Assembly (NCBI GenBank): GCA_040882575.1
Contig: JBBEBA010000053.1
Coordinates: 25,534-89,533, forward strand
DNA: 64,000 nt
Direction: 5' to 3'
Origin: Gemmatimonadota bacterium
GTDB lineage: Bacteria > Gemmatimonadota > Gemmatimonadetes > Longimicrobiales > RSA9
Positions 61,622 through 64,000 of the stretch are shown here, piece after piece. The notes under the pieces are model-generated. The model saw nothing but the letters and a program-made list of their open reading frames with translations, was not told where the DNA came from and ran no database searches. The translations under genes and the position numbers were made by a program. Position 1 is the first letter of the stretch; each line of letters starts with the position of its first letter.

Positions 61622-64000
61622 ATGTTGCCCTGGATCAATCGAATCGCAGCCGGCCTGGCTCTCGTGTTCGCGACGACGGGCGTCGCCTTTGCGCAGGGCG
61701 CCGGCACCATCACCGGGTCGGTTGTGGATGCCACGTCAGGGGAACCGGTCGCGGGAGTGCAGGTCCACATTCCTGCCCTTGGCCAGGGCATGCTGACGAA
61801 TCCGCAGGGTCGCTATCTCCTGCCCAACATTCCGGTCGGCACGCACACGATCCGCGTGCAGACGCTCGGCTACGCCTCATCCGAGCAGAGCGTGACGGTG
61901 ACGGCCGGCGGCACGGCCTCGGTCAACTTCCGCCTCCAGCAGGAGGCGATCAGCGTCGAGGGCATCACCGTCACGGCGCTCGGCATCGAGCGCTCGGAGC
62001 GCAGCCTCGGCTACGCGGTGCAGAACATCGACGCGGAGCGGATTGCACAGGCGCCGCAGACCAACATCACGAGTCTGCTGCAGGGCAAGGTCGCGGGCGT
62101 GCAGGTCACCTCGTCGAGCAGCCGTCCCGGCGCCTCGGCCCGGGTCGTGATCCGCGGCGAGTCCTCGTTCACCGGCAGCGGTCAGCCGCTGTACGTGATC
62201 GATGGTGTGCCGGTGAGCATGGATACAGAGTACCAGGGGGGCTTTGCCGATCAGAACCTCGGCAACAACCCGCTGGAGGTCGGCTCGGCGAGCAGCCGCT
62301 CGATGGACATCGACATGAACAATGTCGAGGACATCGCCGTCCTGCGCGGCGCGGCGGCGACTGCGCTCTACGGCTCGCGCGCCGCACACGGCGCCATCAT
62401 CATCACGACGAAGTCAGGCGCGCCCGGCATGCCGACGCGCTTCTCGTTGAACACGCGCTACGAGACGCAGCTGCCTCTGCTCGAGGGTATTCAGGAGACC
62501 TACACGGCCGGTCGCGATGGCTTCTACTGCAACGGTGCGCCGGACAGCCTCGGTGGCTGGTGCGAGCAGGGCTATTACGATGCAGGCTTTACGAGCCCGA
62601 CGACGAACAACGCGTGGGGCCCGCACATTGACAGCCTGTCGGCCGAGGTCCTGGCCCACGAGGGCGGCGTGCCGCGCATGATCGACCCGCGCAAGGACTT
62701 CTACAACAACGGCAAGCTGGCGACGACGTCGCTGACGGCGACGGGCGGCATCGGCACCGGCGGCTCGTTCAATCTCGGTGGCACCTTCCTGAGCAATTCG
62801 GGCATCACGCCGAATACCTCGCTGGACCGGCTCAACCTGAACGCGAACGTCACGCTCCAGCTCACGGACCGTCTGAACTCGAACACGACGGTCATGTACT
62901 CCAATGCAAAGGATGTCTGGCTCACGGAGGGCTGGCAGTCGATCGAGCGCAACCTCCAGTACCTGACGCCGAACCGCGACACGCGCCAGGCCTGGAACGA
63001 GGACGGCACGCCCGTAATGTGGGGGAGCAACTCGCCGCACCCGCTGTGGCAGGCGCAGAACGAGTCTCGCGAGGGTGTGACGGGTCGGTGGATCGGCTCG
63101 CAGTATTTCCGGTTCGACATCCTCGACAACCTGAACCTGTCCAACCGCATGGGTCTCGACACGTATCTGGAGACCCGCACGTCGAACCAGAACGAGCGGC
63201 CGTGGCGGACCGCGCAGGGCCAGACCTCCGGTACCACGAAGCAGGAGCGCTTCAGCCGTACCGGCATCACGGATGACCTGATTCTATCGCTCACCGGCAC
63301 GCCGGTGACGGAGGACTTCACGGTCAGCGGCCTCGCGGGCATGAATATCGTCCACCGCGAGAACGAGTACCTCGGCGGCACGGGCAGCACCATCGTCATC
63401 CCCGGCTACTACAACATAGAGAACTTCCAGAACCAGAACGTGAGCGGCGACCTGCGCGAGATGCGGCGCCTGATCGGTCTGTACTCGCAGGTGACCGTGG
63501 ACTACCGTGACTGGGCGTTCCTGAACCTGACGGCGCGCAACGACTGGAGCTCGACGCTGCCGCTGGACAACAACAACTACTTCTACCCGTCGGCCAGCCT
63601 CGGCATCGTGTTTACCGACGCGCTCGGCATCAATAACCGGTGGCTCGACTACGGCAAGCTGCGCCTGTCCGCGGCCAAGGTCGGCAGCGACGCGCCGCCT
63701 TACCGGCTGGCCACCAACTACTCCAGTGCAGGCTACGTCGAGTACCCGTTCAACGGCAGCCTGGCGTATCTGCAGGGCAACAGCCTGGGCAACCCGGAGC
63801 TGAAGCCGGAGAGCACGGTGGAGTACGAGATCGGCACCGAGCTCCGTCTGCTGGAGGGCCGTGCGCGCCTCGACGTCTCCTACTACGACAAGCGCAGCTA
63901 CGACCAGATCTTCCCGGTGCCGACGTCGGCGGGCACCGGCTATACCGAGATTACGCGCAACGCCGGCGACCTGCGCAACGAGGGCATCGAGCTCACGCTC
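61622..64000 (+). CDS. SusC/RagA-type TonB-dependent outer-membrane receptor; its C-terminal end lies beyond the right window edge
   Basis: Absent from the ORF track (open to the window edge). GGAGG lies upstream of the ATG at 61622. The signal is MLPWINRIAAGLALVFATTGVAFAQ. The CarboxypepD_reg-like segment is GTITGSVVDATSGEPVAGVQVHI...RVQTLGY. The plug has VAGVQV...RGESSF...PLYVIDGVP...IAVLRGAAATALYGSRAAHGAIIITTK. Confidence 0.85.
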   Translation, partial: MLPWINRIAAGLALVFATTGVAFAQGAGTITGSVVDATSGEPVAGVQVHIPALGQGMLTNPQGRYLLPNIPVGTHTIRVQTLGYASSEQSVTVTAGGTASVNFRLQQEAISVEGITVTALGIERSERSLGYAVQNIDAERIAQAPQTNITSLLQGKVAGVQVTSSSSRPGASARVVIRGESSFTGSGQPLYVIDGVPVSMDTEYQGGFADQNLGNNPLEVGSASSRSMDIDMNNVEDIAVLRGAAATALYGSRAAHGAIIITTKSGAPGMPTRFSLNTRYETQLPLLEGIQETYTAGRDGFYCNGAPDSLGGWCEQGYYDAGFTSPTTNNAWGPHIDSLSAEVLAHEGGVPRMIDPRKDFYNNGKLATTSLTATGGIGTGGSFNLGGTFLSNSGITPNTSLDRLNLNANVTLQLTDRLNSNTTVMYSNAKDVWLTEGWQSIERNLQYLTPNRDTRQAWNEDGTPVMWGSNSPHPLWQAQNESREGVTGRWIGSQYFRFDILDNLNLSNRMGLDTYLETRTSNQNERPWRTAQGQTSGTTKQERFSRTGITDDLILSLTGTPVTEDFTVSGLAGMNIVHRENEYLGGTGSTIVIPGYYNIENFQNQNVSGDLREMRRLIGLYSQVTVDYRDWAFLNLTARNDWSSTLPLDNNNYFYPSASLGIVFTDALGINNRWLDYGKLRLSAAKVGSDAPPYRLATNYSSAGYVEYPFNGSLAYLQGNSLGNPELKPESTVEYEIGTELRLLEGRARLDVSYYDKRSYDQIFPVPTSAGTGYTEITRNAGDLRNEGIELTL

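Overview
This is a 64-kb chromosomal window from a very G+C-rich bacterium with a Gram-negative-type envelope (outer-membrane barrels, lipoproteins, a SusC/TonB-type receptor). The gene style resembles Gemmatimonadota-like lineages, but that is inference only. I can support about 60 protein-coding genes, mostly housekeeping. They include fused E1 2-oxoacid dehydrogenase, DedA-CoaE, NrnA, Fur, agmatinase, CcdA, an ABC exporter, GGT, a DUF3299/MacB-type ABC system, MurQ/AnmK/amidase cell-wall recycling genes, class II RNR, RNase D, pyruvate kinase, PGI, an NtrC-type regulator, SmpB, PyrD/PyrF and CysS. Two long genes run off the window edges and are missing from the ORF track (1..1639 minus; 61622..64000 plus). 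I recognised no rRNA, tRNA, CRISPR array, transposase or integrase by eye. Many ORF-track entries are Arg/Ala/Pro-rich shadow frames of real genes and were ignored. Five things stand out. (1) A visibly lower-GC four-gene cassette (2377-5369) encodes a Cys-cluster sigma-like regulator, an 8-cysteine secreted mini-protein, a membrane-anchored DsbA-like oxidoreductase and a beta-propeller protein. This is the best candidate for an undescribed system. (2) An exported peroxiredoxin has an in-frame TGA exactly at the catalytic Cys position plus a downstream SECIS-like hairpin, so it is a probable selenoprotein. It sits next to a TlpA/CcdA reductive module. (3) A family of CGTGAAR/TTCACGY heptamer arrays lies directly 3' of three minus-strand envelope genes. 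(4) A ~260-bp inverted array of 12-13-nt repeats lies between fur and the agmatinase gene. (5) Paired DnaA-box-like palindromes and an NrdR-box-like palindrome lie upstream of nrdJ. All family assignments are by eye from the translations. No database search was run.
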